From the NCBI RefSeq assembly GCF_964355755.1, contig NC_092673.1, positions 4,278,001 to 4,342,000 on the forward strand: a DNA stretch of 64,000 bases. Direction: 5' to 3'. The position numbers and the translations under genes are program-made. Shown here piece after piece: positions 41,908-54,931 of this stretch (position 1 is its first letter; each line of letters opens with the position of its first letter). The notes under the pieces are model-generated. The model was not told where the DNA came from. It did not search any database and saw nothing but the letters and a program-made list of their open reading frames with translations. This DNA is from Antedon mediterranea (lineage: Eukaryota > Animalia > Echinodermata).

Positions 41908-43525
41908 CTGTGAAAATAATAGATCAAAACAGTGCTTAAATAAATTTAAGATCGTGCACATAAAATTAGAGAATTAGATTAGATACACAACTATCATTAA
42001 CTGTTTAATTAAGCCGGTTGCATGAAACAATATGGCAACGTGTGTTTAATGCTGACTGTTTTTTTTTTTTATTCGTCTAAATTCTCGAGTTAAATGTGTT
42101 ACAATACTAGGGGTGAACATAAATCGTCACTGTTTCAACTTATTGCCTCTCCACCTTTATATGACCTTACATAAAAATGTATTGAAAATTACACCAAGAG
42201 ACTGTACTGTACATAAAAAATAACTTACCAATACCATGCGTGAATAACGGCAACAATACTTTTTATGGACGAATTTAAGAAGGGATTCAGATAGGACAAT
42301 ATTTATGCATAATAGTAATAGGAAGGCCTATAAGATAGGCCTTCCTATAGGCCTACCTAAAGATAAATATGGTAAAGATTTTATAATAAACAACAAAATG
42401 TTGATATTAAGTCTTCGCCCGAATGTAGACACGAACGAATTTATCATTCACACGGGGTCAATATCAAGATCGGGATACATTTTAGGAAATAAAAATGTAC
42501 CGTATTTTCCACCATGACTTTACATGTAAACCCGTTCAAAATGACGAATATCTCAAAACAGTGGTTATATTAACTATACAACATGATTCCAAGAAGTGTA
42601 AAATTTAAAACTTGCTATACCCTTTTTAAAATAGTATATTAACCAGTTTCGTTTTAGTAGCCAGAGTAAATACGTATTTAGGATGAGTTCAACGACATTC
42701 TATCATCTTATTAAATAATTAATTTTCTCTAATTAATTTGATAAAGATTATTATTTAAAAATAGAAAGATCTATAGTTTCTGCAATATTGAATTCCAAAT
42801 AAATTAATATTGTTTTTCGTATTGTAACCCGTTTGCCAACATTGTTCCTAATCTTAAAAAAGGCCTAGATATAGTTTCTTCAATGTTAAATTCCAAATAA
42901 AGATCGTTTCTCCTAAACTTTACTGGAGAGTGCAATAGTTTAGTCAGTACTGAAACTTTTTTAGCGAAAGAAACTTTCTGATCTTATCTGTTCTTTAAGA
43001 TATCATCAATCAAACCCAGGAATTTAGCGCCTACTAAAACGGTTCCAGGTACGTCTCATACCTCAATCACTACGTCACAGCATCTAGTAGAACGTATTAC
43101 ATAATTAAAACGCTTTGTCATTTTGGTTATAACGACATTATCCATGGACAAATGAAATTAAGTTTTAATTTGAAGTTTATCTCAAAGTTGCTGCGTATTC
43201 TTTCAGGCATGTAACTGTTATATATGTTTTTTATAACACACATATTACTTTTTTTTATTGGAATGACATGAATTGCATGGTATATGCATGTTATTGTATT
43301 ACTCTATGTGTATGCCTAATTCTTCCACGGTCCATCATCATCATCATCAATCGAGGTTGAAATGATTTTTCTAAAATTATGACCAAAATTAGAAAGGCGA
43401 ATTACGATAGTACTGTTCCTTTGCGGTACCTTCTTCACAAATGATCGTCTATAAAAATATCTACAGGTTTACAATATTATATTACTAATTAAATCTTTAA
43501 CCAGTTACCATAATTTTGAACTTAC

Positions 43526-43701
43526 AATTTTTCAGTATTTATAGGTAATCCACGGGGAACACGTGTGAGTCCGGAATGACTGCAGTCAATATTAGGTCCA
43601 TTACAAACGCATTTATCCGGACATCGTCCAGAATTTACTCCGACAAAATATAAAACAAGTAAAAAAATAATCCTAAGAGATGTTATGCTTCTATTATCCA
43701 T
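43526..43701 (-). CDS. slit: slit exon 1: signal peptide plus LRR N-terminal cap of domain D1
   Basis: ATG at 43701-43699 (the ORF-track start at 43719 is a TTG). Encodes MDNRSITSLRIIFLLVLYFVGVNSGRCPDKCVCNGPNIDCSHSGLTRVPRGLPINTEK(L): hydrophobic signal peptide then CPxxCxC-x-DC LRRNT. Ends TT|gtaag, phase 2, 176 nt. Confidence 0.93.
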
Positions 43702-44039
43702 TGTGAAAAGTATATCCAAAATGGTAGAAAAATAATTCCAAATGTTTTACTGCGACAACAATACGCAGCATAAAAGTTGATAATAATACAAGATTTGAGA
43801 AAACTCCAATAAGTTCACCTCCAAAGTAAATCGCAAAATAAAAATGTTTTGCCAAGATATCGCACTTTCTTTTATATGTCTTGTCTCATAAAGTGTTTAT
43901 TTTCAAGTGAAGCATCGCAGCAGGGATGTATAATAATTCCAGGTATATAAGTCCACGAAAACAGTCGATTTCTCCTACTAATTAGTCGGTTAATTAGTGT
44001 GATATCCTTGTACGAAAATATTAAAATAGACCAAACGTG

Positions 44040-44230
44040 TATTCTGACTCGCACGCACTTCTTTGCTCATCTGTTCCTTGTATGTTTAATAATAACTAAC
44101 ATCGGTCGTTCTTGGCAGCATTCGCTATGACGTCACTAATACGGGAGGTGGGGACTGAAATTTGAGTACAACAAAAGAAACAGGCGTTACGAACGAAAGT
44201 CCCACCTCAAGTGACCTGTCCTTTTCCAGA
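44040..44230 (-). promoter_or_regulatory. Candidate slit proximal promoter
   Basis: Locally CpG-richer stretch about 350-500 bp upstream of the ATG, with a perfect CRE palindrome TGACGTCA (44128-44135) next to a GC-box-like GGGAGGTGGGG (about 44143-44153). The TSS cannot be fixed from sequence. Confidence 0.35.
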
Positions 44231-47200
44231 TTGACAGCCCATTATGGAACAGTCCATTAATTATATTGTCCTGTTACCCCTCTCTGAATAAATGGACGAG
44301 TCTATATATTTAGTGTATGCTTTAAAAGTGAATAAGTGCATAACTTCATTTTCAAGCCATATATTTTATTAAATTTTCGAACCTTTCTAATTACTGTCAA
44401 TTATATATATTTATATATTATGTATCTTTAAAGGGAAATACATGTGTAATGTTGGGCCCTATTATATTATAAACTTTGTATTGTATACAAAGTTTGAAAT
44501 TCAATTTACTCTGTATTCGTCTTTGCAATAACTTTTAATACATCAGTCTTATTGAAGTAAATGACGTGATTATAAATAATAGGATTTGCCATTGTGCAAA
44601 TGTTTGTATTTTCCAGCCGGTTGTCTTCTCGTTTCTTAATTTATAAAAACTGCTGTTAGCAACAACGGTGAACTTCATGGTAAAGTATGCTTTGAAAAAT
44701 CTCCTGGGAATATACCTGAAGTTGAATAGAACGAAAGAATCGAATCATGTGTAATGATCTAGAAAGAATTGAAGCTTAGGAAGGAAGTAAAATAGCTTAC
44801 ACAACGCTAGAATGGAGTCAGTTGGGAGCATTCTCCCCGGGGGAAACGCGTCTAAAACATCAGGTTATATGACCGAATGCTGGTCGCTAAATTCAACACA
44901 TTATTGCATGTTTTATTAACTAAAGTATTTGATTGACTGAGGTTGGGATGTGTTTTGTTTGTTTTTCTGTATTTAATCCTTGATAGACATGTTAAAAGTA
45001 AACTGGGGGTTTGCCCTGCAGTCACACACTTCTAGTCACAAAATAAACCGATACATCATTTGCTCGTAACAAAAGTTTGTTAGCAAATATCGTACAAAGT
45101 GTAAATATAAAAACAGTCTACTATAAAAACAAAAAATATTTAACTTTGCCGGAAGTTATTTTATCAATTATATAAAATACCAGTTTTGGATCAAATATAG
45201 ATATAACCAGAAAAAATGACAACAAATAAACGCTTGTATTTTATATCATTGTTTAACATCGCGCCCCAGAAGGTGCGAACTTAACATTGAATTGTTATCA
45301 TTTAATTGAAATATTTCATCAGTTTACTTATAAACTTATCTATCTGAATCTCATTATTACGAGTAACAAATAATGTTTCTGTTTTAACGAAAATATTTGT
45401 CTGTATCATTGTGTACATTTGTATTATTCATATTTAATCGTGTGAATCCGAGTTTAATTTATGAATGAGTATCATGGTAATTTTAAATTAGTCATTCCAC
45501 CTGTAAAAATCATTGAAATTGATAATTCATTTGGAAGATCAAAAAAAACCGACGTGTTTAAGCGCAGGTGTTTGATGACCACTATCAACAATATTTCTAA
45601 AATCGACAAATTAATGTCAAAGATAAAATAAAGAACTTGTTACAAGTTTATCTTTTATATAAATGTGCAAATGATGCTATAGAGGGCGGTAACTATCATC
45701 TTCATTTTTAAAAGTAATATCTTAAAATTCCGGTCAGTTTGTCCTTTTTACCTGTTAAATCCACGTCATATTGCCTTAGTCCAAACCATATTTGTTGGCC
45801 TACTTGTTAGCTAATGTTAGCTTCTTCACAATATTTTTTTCTGAAGAAAAACCCCCAAAAAAATTAAACTGCCCGTATGTTTTTTCCTTTTTAGATGTAA
45901 ATTCGTTTCGATTACCATAGGTCGGCGGTCCATACTTGCAGGTAAATGTTATTGCTTTACAATGTTCCATTTCTGCTTCCATAATTCTGGCAAAAAAATA
46001 ATAAAAAAATGTTAATAAATAAATCCATATAGAAAACGGGATGAATAGCAATTGTATTTTATCTTTATCTTTACTTATCTCCAGATATTTGTAGGCCTAC
46101 GCATGAACCGTCAAAAACAATATGCCTGCAGATTTGTTGTTTCAAATTTGATATTGCATTTGGCAAATAAATATAGAAATGGATGTCTGTGCCATAATGT
46201 AATCTGTAACATTCAAATCCGGCTTATAGCGACAGAAAATCATGGAATTTCATAGTTCATAAACTATTTAATTATGATATTTTAACGAACTTTATTTAAT
46301 ATTATATGGTTCCCGTTTGTCTGTACCTGGAATACCGAAGCATTTGGTCCCAGCATGTCCAGCTCCTTTATCTTACACATTAAGCACGATCGTCGAAACT
46401 ATAGCTACCGGCTGTGATCATACTTTTAGGTGTACGTGAGGTTGTAGAACAATCAAGTTATTATATGCAAGAACATATATTTCATTTCCAGCCTTACCGT
46501 CAATTACACACCTTATTTGCTTAAACTTACGCTTTTTTCTTCATATAAGTGTGGGAGTTTCGATATACTGTACAATTATTTATTTTTGTAAGTTATTCAA
46601 TTTAAAAACTTCTGGGCGCGATTATTGTCATCCCATCAAATGTCTTGTTAAGCAGGAAAATAACCCGAGGACGGTCCTTTGGTTAGCGGAAGAATAAATT
46701 ATGAACCCGGTGGGATTAATTCTAATAACGTGGTAGGTATGGGTGTAGGAGTTAATTTGGTATTCTGGATAACTTCTACCCCAGATCCAAGTGGTGCGAG
46801 GCTCCAAAGAGTAGAAATATCTTCGTCACCTGACTACACAAGATCCGTGATTGATAATCACAAAAGAACCCCTGAAATATATAAATATCATATTTTCTTC
46901 ATAGCATTCCATTAAATTCATTGGAAATGAAGATATTTAAATTTCGAATACGAACGCCATACTAACGTGTGTTTGTCTACATGGAGCATTTAATAATTGA
47001 TATTCAGTCTTTTCGGTACCCTGAAACTAAAAGTCTTCATTACTGTTTTTGCCCTGTTTCCGGTTCCCGTGCTGACCTGTTTTTTTTTCAGTTTTTATGG
47101 GCTGCCTTATACAAGCTTCGCTTTTTTGGAATGTTGCCCCTCTTATTTTAATCATATTTACTGTTAATTTTTATATTCTATGAAAGAAAAGAAGAGAAAT

Positions 47201-48042
47201 AAATGTTACTTTGAATGATGCTTAATATCCTAGAGCATGACGTCAAGAATCGTTTTAAAAACTATAAAATAAAATGAGGCATCAATGTACTTACATATTT
47301 ATTTGTAATTGTCAAAATAATTGTTTTCCAGAAATGACCGTTTCTTCCGACGCCCATATCGCAGGCATTAGAACAGAACCACATGGTATGCAAATTACAT
47401 TCCTGACATATCAACCCTTTAAGAAACATTCAGATAAAGTGCCATATACAGGGATTGCAAACAGGAAACTTATATAGTTATATAGGACCTCTATTTAAGA
47501 ACCTTCAACAACTTAAATAATATACCGGTAGTAGATATTATTAAGGGCATACCTTTAGGACCAAACAAATTGTCTCATTAATACATTGTCCACATAAAAC
47601 AAATGTCAATTGAATGCAATTATTACAAATGCATTATAAGATAAAAATGTATAAAAATATAACAAAAATGGAGTACAAATACAAATAAATTAAAAATATA
47701 ATTCAGGTGCAAGTCCTATTTAGAAGTTTGTTTTACAAAAGGAACATCGCCAGGTTGAATATATAGCGTCTTTCCCCCTTATCATATTCGTGCTTTAGTG
47801 TACTTTTAAATTACGAGTTACTTTTTAAAGTAATTTAGTGCGCACAACCCAGGTAATAAATCACGATATCGTTGGAATTCCTTATTCCACGTAGCGGAAC
47901 AGAGGAGCAAACTGGGTTCACACTGTGACCTCATTAAGTATATACTTTTTGAAGAGTAGGCCTAGTCGTGGCTCTCGGTAGAATTACGAAACCAAATTCA
48001 AATGTACATTGGACTTGACTATATATAGGGGCCTGCCTTTAA

Positions 48043-48239
48043 AGCTTGGTTCTCACTAGCGACGCAATGTAACGCAATCTACGCAACGTAAGAAAATGCC
48101 CTTCCACTCATTGTGTTTGCCCCCGCCTGCGTAAAATCAAACCTACGATGTTTGCAGCACTGTTGCGTCGTCGGTCCCCACGAAATACAGCACTTTGCGT
48201 CGATATGTCGCTGCGTCGCGTTCTAGTGGGAACCACGCT
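48043..48239. mobile_element. MITE family 2 (PIF/Harbinger-type)
   Basis: TAA|AGCTTGGTTCTCACTAG ... CTAGTGGGAACCACGCT|TAA; subterminal ACGCAA / TGCGTCG repeats. Confidence 0.8.
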
Positions 48240-51200
48240 TAATGCTGTACTCAAATGCAAGGTAATAAATATAACATATACCTCTATTTTGCTAATAAGA
48301 CTATAATACTTTCCAGTTCATGTCGGTTCATTGACATTCAGAAAACATTGTCATGTAACCCAGGTATCTTGAGTGGGGTGTTATATAATTAAAGATCAAT
48401 TTCGTTGTTAAATCAAAAACAAATTCCTTAGTCAATAACCATTACATTTTATACGACGTGATATTAATAACACAGTTTCCTTTACGGATCATTTGTTTTT
48501 GTGAACATTCCACGATACGGAGACGTTTATTAAATTTGTCGACATCCCCAAACTCCTTCTTTAGAATGGTTCGACACACTTCCCACGGGGAAAAACGCAA
48601 TATTCAAACATTTAGGTCTACCTTACAAAACACTGTTTGGATCAAAGTGTTAGGTTTAGCACTAGAGCTGAAAGCAAAAACTAGCTAAAAAGTAAATTAT
48701 TAATTTCATACATGCGAATATTGGTAGGTTTGACAGCGTTTTATTTCCATATCAACTATTATTAGGCCTAATTTAAAATTAAACTGTTTGTATATTCCGA
48801 TATGTTATATTATTTTATTCAACAAAAATATTTGAAATTACTAAAATATACTATATTTACACTATAGTTTTATGCAACGTTGAATAGTTGTAATATTCTT
48901 GTTGCTTGTGTTTGCAAACATTATGCTCCATAACTAAAAAAAATGTATTGTAGATGGAGAAGTATCCTATATATTTAAGCTTATAGAGTTTGCGAATTTT
49001 TTTTTTGTGCTTGTACGTTTGTTGATATGGATGAAATATTTCCGAAATAAAAGAAATTGAATTGGAAATTAGTTTAATCTAATCATTTTAAATTTAAGTT
49101 TGTTTCCGATTTAAATAGGTCATTAAAGTAGATTTAACACCTCCCAAGATGAATGATTTCTGTGGTTGATGACCACCCCGGACACCACAAAAAATGTGGA
49201 AACAGATACACCGTTTAATTAAGTTGTGGTCATTTAGAAACGTTTGTCAAACCACATCAATGTATTTATAAAGTCACCGATGGTTTCGATGGTTATAAAC
49301 AGTTGTACTGTATATTGTATTGTCTCTCGACGACAGAAAAGGTGACATTGTACTTATACCGTGCTTTCCAATTGACATGTCATTCTAAGTGGCTGAAAGC
49401 TCAGGTACAGCAGGCATGGATTTTAAATATAATTTTTGGTTAAATGTATATAAATCAAATATGTGTAACATAAATCATGGCGAACAAACATGAATTTCCC
49501 TTAAAATGGTCAAATACAAAATGGTGCAAAATTCTGCTATAAAAACCAGACAGATTTTTTGTCAGTAGTTAGGTAGTTTAACATAGGCCTAATGTAATAT
49601 CTGGTAACTCCTTAGAAAGTGAAAGAACATAGGGGCAACTATAGATCAATAATTATTGGAATGTATGATCAATAAAAATGTTTTGCCCGCAGTTGCCATT
49701 AAACTTATTTTTTAAACAATTTAGATCCAATCTTATTTAGATAAGTTGTAAAAGGGAGCAAACACTGGGTTATGACATGCAAAAGCATATTAAAATACAA
49801 TTTGCTGTAAACTTTTAAAATAAAATACTGTTAAATGCGAGCAATTTATTGTTTTTAAAAAGCTGAATTAATGATAAAATAAAAGACACAATTTAAAGAG
49901 GAAACGCCAACGATTGTGAGTAATTTCTTATTTTACAAAAAAAAAATGTTGGTTAATTAAAACTTATTCAATAAGAATGTTACTGTATCTTTTTATTATA
50001 ACTGGAGGAGTAATAAAGAAGAAACACCGTTCAACGAGGAAACACAAACGAACTTGACATTAGGGTAATGGTATAATATAACAGCTGCAGATCGTTATCT
50101 TCTCGTATATTAATTTTGAGGCTAATCGGTGAAACATTTAACTATACAGCAACGCAGTGGGTTGTTAGCGAGTTGCATGGGGCTTGGCTTGGGCGTTACC
50201 TTCCGGGGCTCAAATAAGACATGGAGTCACACAATTTGAATCACTATCGAAGAGTGGCATCCGAAACGAGTTAAATTAATAAGTTAATATAGGCCTAATG
50301 GTAAAGATGGGAAACAAGAGCGTTTATATAAATGTATAGTGCGTACTATTGCACGCCATGTGACCCACAATCGTCCAATCAAATGACAGGAATTTATTTA
50401 GGTGTATGTGAATGCAAATCGAACAAGGGGGGTTGCTAGTCGGGGTTAACACTAGCGATGTGTCAGTAATTTGAAATGCGCGTTAAACATATTTCTACAA
50501 AATATTACTGATTTAATTTGTAAAAATCATGTTGAATGAATGAATGAATGAATATAAGTGGTGGTTCAAGCAACAACAGACTAAAACAAGACATATTTCT
50601 TACAAAAACGCCGCTCATCTGACGATAACTACCGTGCATCTAAATATTTATCAGCAAACGTTTTCATAGACTCTTTTCCCCAGACGTGCTTTGGGGTGTG
50701 CGCATGCCCAATCCGAGTTTCTAAATACCACTTTTTCAGCCGTAGTAAACTATAAGCTACAGCATGGTAACTGCGCGCCGTTCTCTTGAATCGGCGCGAA
50801 ATATTTTTTCTTATTGAAATTGCCTGTATTCCCCCTGTATTCTTTTCTAGTTAATTGGTGAAATGATTTTTGAATGACAACGGTGACGTTGATTAGATTA
50901 TTCAATAGTAGGCTCAGTAGTTATATTATCTAACATACCTGGTTTAACCAGGTATAAAAATAGCTAACCCTCATCATGGAGCAGTTGAGAATTACGATTC
51001 CAGTTTTCTCCACATCTGTTTGTCGCACGTCTGAATCTCCGGGTGCCCGTAGAAAACAGATCAAGACTTTATGAACTAAGTAGATTAAATAAAGGCAAAA
51101 TATTAAACTGATTTAACCTTATAAGATAAGGCTACATCAATACAGGCCTATTTTATTGTTTCACATCAACTGGTGTAATTTTCAATCATCACTCTACCAT

Positions 51201-51884
51201 ATAGTGTGTCTACATTAATTGATGATGACAAGATAGTGAAAGATGAGCAGCATAGACTGTACTAGATCCACACACGCAGGAAAACAACTTTTTTGATCTA
51301 TTTTATTCCGAAAGTTCCAAGAAAAAAAAGTGCCCCAACGCGTTTCATCAGTTGTCTGCGACCTAGAAAATTAAAAAGGCGACAAACGATGGTCAAGAAT
51401 GGCGTGGTGGGCGCTGTAATGTTCCATTATCAAATAATTCGATTAGAACGATACGTCTGTCAGAGGTAATTGACATTGCAGTTTTGATTTACAAGGTTGG
51501 ACATTTTTAAAACCTCATCATTATCACGAACGTTATCTGTAAAAATAGCGTAAATGATATTTTTATACTAAGAAGAATTTTGAGTTTGATAGACCTTCGG
51601 CGATATGTCCACTACGAATCCCAACAAAATTCTTGCTTCAATACCATTTTAGTTTGGAACAGTTCCTAAACTTTTTGAATTTTAATTATTTGTTCGCAAA
51701 AGCTGTGTGTGTTCAGTGTGCTACATTGTACTTTAATCATTGTACTTGCGATAGGTATTTTTACTGAAACACGACAGCTCAATTTATTAAAAAGTGCAAC
51801 AACTTGATTTAAAAAAGTGCGAGAACAATGATTAAAACGTGCGACAACTTGATTAAAAAGTATTAACTGCAACAATTACAATTG

Positions 51885-52355
51885 TATTAATTACAAAAGT
51901 GCGTCAGTATTACTAAGTGCGTCAGGTATTACAAAGTGCGTCAGGTATTACAAAGTGCGTCAGTATCACAACTCGCATCAGTATTACAAATTGCATCAGT
52001 ATTACAATGTGCGTCAGGTATTTTAAAATGCGTCAGGTATTACAAAGTGCGTCAGTATTATAAATTGCGTCAGATATTACAAAGTGCGTCAGTATTATAA
52101 ATTGCGTCAGATATTACAAAGTGCGTCAGTATTATAAATTGCGTCAGATATTACAAAGTGCGTCAGTATTATAAATTGCGTCAGATATTACAAAGTGCGT
52201 CAGGTATAACAAAGTGCATCATCAGGTTTTACAAGTTGCGTCAGGTATTACAAGTTGCGTCAGGTACTACAAATTGCGTTAGGTATTACAAATTGCGTCA
52301 GGTATTACAAAGTGCGTCAGGTAGACCTATTGCAAAGTGCCTCAGTATTACAAAG
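51885..52355. repeat. Minisatellite with 18-20-bp unit TATTACAAAGTGCGTCAG(G), more than 20 units
   Basis: Directly visible; includes a homogeneous 39-bp dimer sub-array at about 52040-52200. Confidence 0.95.
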
Positions 52356-54174
52356 GTCTCCAAAGGCCTATATTTTTGCCACCACGTAAATGCGTAGGCA
52401 ATGATTTTCCGAATGCCAACAAACCTAAGTTCAGTAGACTACAAGACTAGTTACATTTTATTCAACATATATATTAAAGCATATAAACACTGTTTATTAA
52501 TTATTACAGACATAAATCATTTCAAAATTAAAATTCGATTATTATTCTTCGAATTCAAAGATAAAAAATGATTGTATGATGCCACAACAATGTTAAGAGT
52601 CGTCTTGGCATAGGTTGGAAGATTCGTTGCCAACTATATCTCGATAGACCAGAGTACTAAACGCAAAGCAATTACTATTGTTAACATCTAAATTCACATA
52701 AGGGTGGCAATGTTATAGTGTTATAAGACATTGGCTTCCGCACAAAACTTTGATGCGAGATGAAGATATCTTTAGTCAGTTAGATATCGTGAATGCCGAT
52801 ATTTATCACGTTTGTTCCATCAATTTTGTACTGCACCACTTTATACCAAAGTTACTGCAAGATTGGTTTGTACTGCTGTACAATAATATACCAGACACCA
52901 GCGAGGGTCAAGATTCTTATTTAATTAATACATGTTAATATTATATAATATTAATATTTTATTGCTGTAAAACACATAATTATAGAACCACATTATATTA
53001 TCAAAGTGCATGACATCCAAAAGTGCTAGAATAATTACAAACTCAAGGTGAACTGTGAAAGTTATGTTATTTATTTTTCGATAGGCTTATTTGTAGTGAA
53101 ATAAAGTGAGTATTTAAGTGAAACAATGTAACATACTTTCAGTTAGAAATAGTATTTATAATTCTACCTGATTTCTTGAGAACTGATAGAAATAAGTGTC
53201 ATGCAACTGGGAGAAATTATTGGAGACCCAAGAGATGATTCAGAAAACGTGCCAATTCCAGGCAATGGCATCTGGAGAACTTCGTAAGTGGTGGCGAGAC
53301 AGCATCAAAAGAGCTGCAACATAAACAGACGAACCTTTGAACTAATCTGAACATTTTGTAAAGTTTGTTTACAAGAATTATAATAAATAAGCCTACTGCA
53401 GTATTGACATAAAACCGATTTTCAACTAGGCGAATTTTTACGCGCGATTGATTCGAAAGCTTCAGCTTATATGCATGCATATTCATGTTTCCATCTTCCA
53501 AATCCCTCTCTACGCATGCGTACAAACTTACGGTGGAAAATAGGCTGAAAAGACTATTGATTAATCAGGAGCTGAATCTTAAATCAAAGTTCTACACAAA
53601 CAATCTTAAAGACATCTTAACTCAAATTTACAACAAACTGAACATAAATAGTAAATGGTACAGTGAAAGGACAGTGAACACTTGTATTTAAAGCCTGACT
53701 CCCAATGGGAAATACAACGTTATGATTCGATTTCACCCATTTGCAATATACAACAAATTTGCAAAACAATACCTGTTACATGAAGCAGGGAGTTGTAACT
53801 CCCTGCATGAAGCATGTGTAGTGTTGCTTGTCCATAAAAAATAAATTGGCGAGTGTTTATCAACATCCGAAGGGATCCAAAATATGTTCTGTATTGGCAA
53901 CAATTCATCATGGGTCTTTTGGAGTATTAAATGTGACAAAACTAAATAAAGCAATGATTCAAAATGAATTCAGGTTCTGAAATCATTGTATAAGAGCAGG
54001 AAGAAATAGCCACAAAGAATTCACAGAGATACTGTTGAGAACTTTGAGGAACATTAGCATTTTGGACTCTTTTTCAAAGAACTGTGGAGAATATTGGTTT
54101 TAAAGCTTTCATCAGAGAAATGTTTAAAACATTGACGTTATTGCCTTCTTATAAGCTGTCCTCCTTTGTAAGTC

Positions 54175-54455
54175 CATATCAGAGAACTATGGAGACCACT
54201 GGCATTACTGTCCTTATAAGCCTTCACCAGAGAACTGTGGAGAACACTGCCATTATTATCCTTCTTATAAGCCTTCACCAGAGAACTGTGGAGAACATTG
54301 CCATTATTTTCCTCCTTATAAATCTTTACCAGAGAGCTGTGGAGAACATTGCCATTATTGTACTCCTTATATCAGAGAATTGTGGAGACACTGGTGTTAT
54401 TGTCTGTCCTAATCTTAACCAGAGAACTGTGGAGAACATTGACATTGTATTATAA
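54175..54455. repeat. Degenerate tandem repeat of about 48-51 bp
   Basis: Recurring CAGAGAACTGTGGAGAACA(C/T)TGCCATTATT...CCTTATAA, about 6 units, with weaker units back to about 54025. Confidence 0.85.
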
Positions 54456-54600
54456 CTCTTCATTAGACAATTATGGTTAGAATAACCAACCCATAGATTA
54501 ATATCATAGGCCTATATGTTCAGTAATATTTCAAATAAATTAACTACAGTATCTTTGTTTTTAAAATCATAAACAAGATTTAAAAAAGGAGAGTTCTTTC

Positions 54601-54931
54601 TCACAACTGAAGAATCTTTTTCCTTCTGAACCGTTTACTAGCTGACACCTTGTGCTTTATCGGTCGTTTAGATACGTTGACAAACGCAGTCCTGGATCTC
54701 TGGCCTACTTTTGTAATGTTCACACTGTTCTTCTTTATTGATACATAATCATCCTTGTTATAACAAGGTGTCTGTTCTGAATTATTTTTCAGTGAAGTCG
54801 TTTCTTGAAAGTCAGCATCGTTTGTATCACTCATTTTTTGCTTGCTGCTAGCTTGCTCTGTGTTTTGTTTTACAAGTGTTTCACCTGGATCGTTTAACAA
54901 ACTGTCAAAATTCCTTTTCTTTCCACCAAAC
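54601..54931 (-). CDS. Candidate terminal coding exon of an unidentified upstream gene
   Basis: Good acceptor ttgtggttgtctttacag|G, then 109 sense codons open to TGA at 54603-54601: FGGKKRNFDSLLNDPGETLV...SKRFRRKKILQL. Hydrophilic, with a basic C-terminus. Phase-2 entry. Confidence 0.4.

Noticed and set aside
52158-52397. 79-aa repetitive ORF
   Set aside because: Translation of the minisatellite.
53200-53950. Several overlapping ORFs in a higher-complexity stretch, possibly a decayed retroelement or exons
   Set aside because: No recognisable RT or endonuclease motif and no consistent splice chain. It could be 3' UTR of the upstream candidate gene and needs BLASTX.
54084-54455. 123-aa ORF with SLHQRTVEN repeats
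   Set aside because: Arises from a 48-51-bp tandem repeat, starts at GTG and has no splice support.
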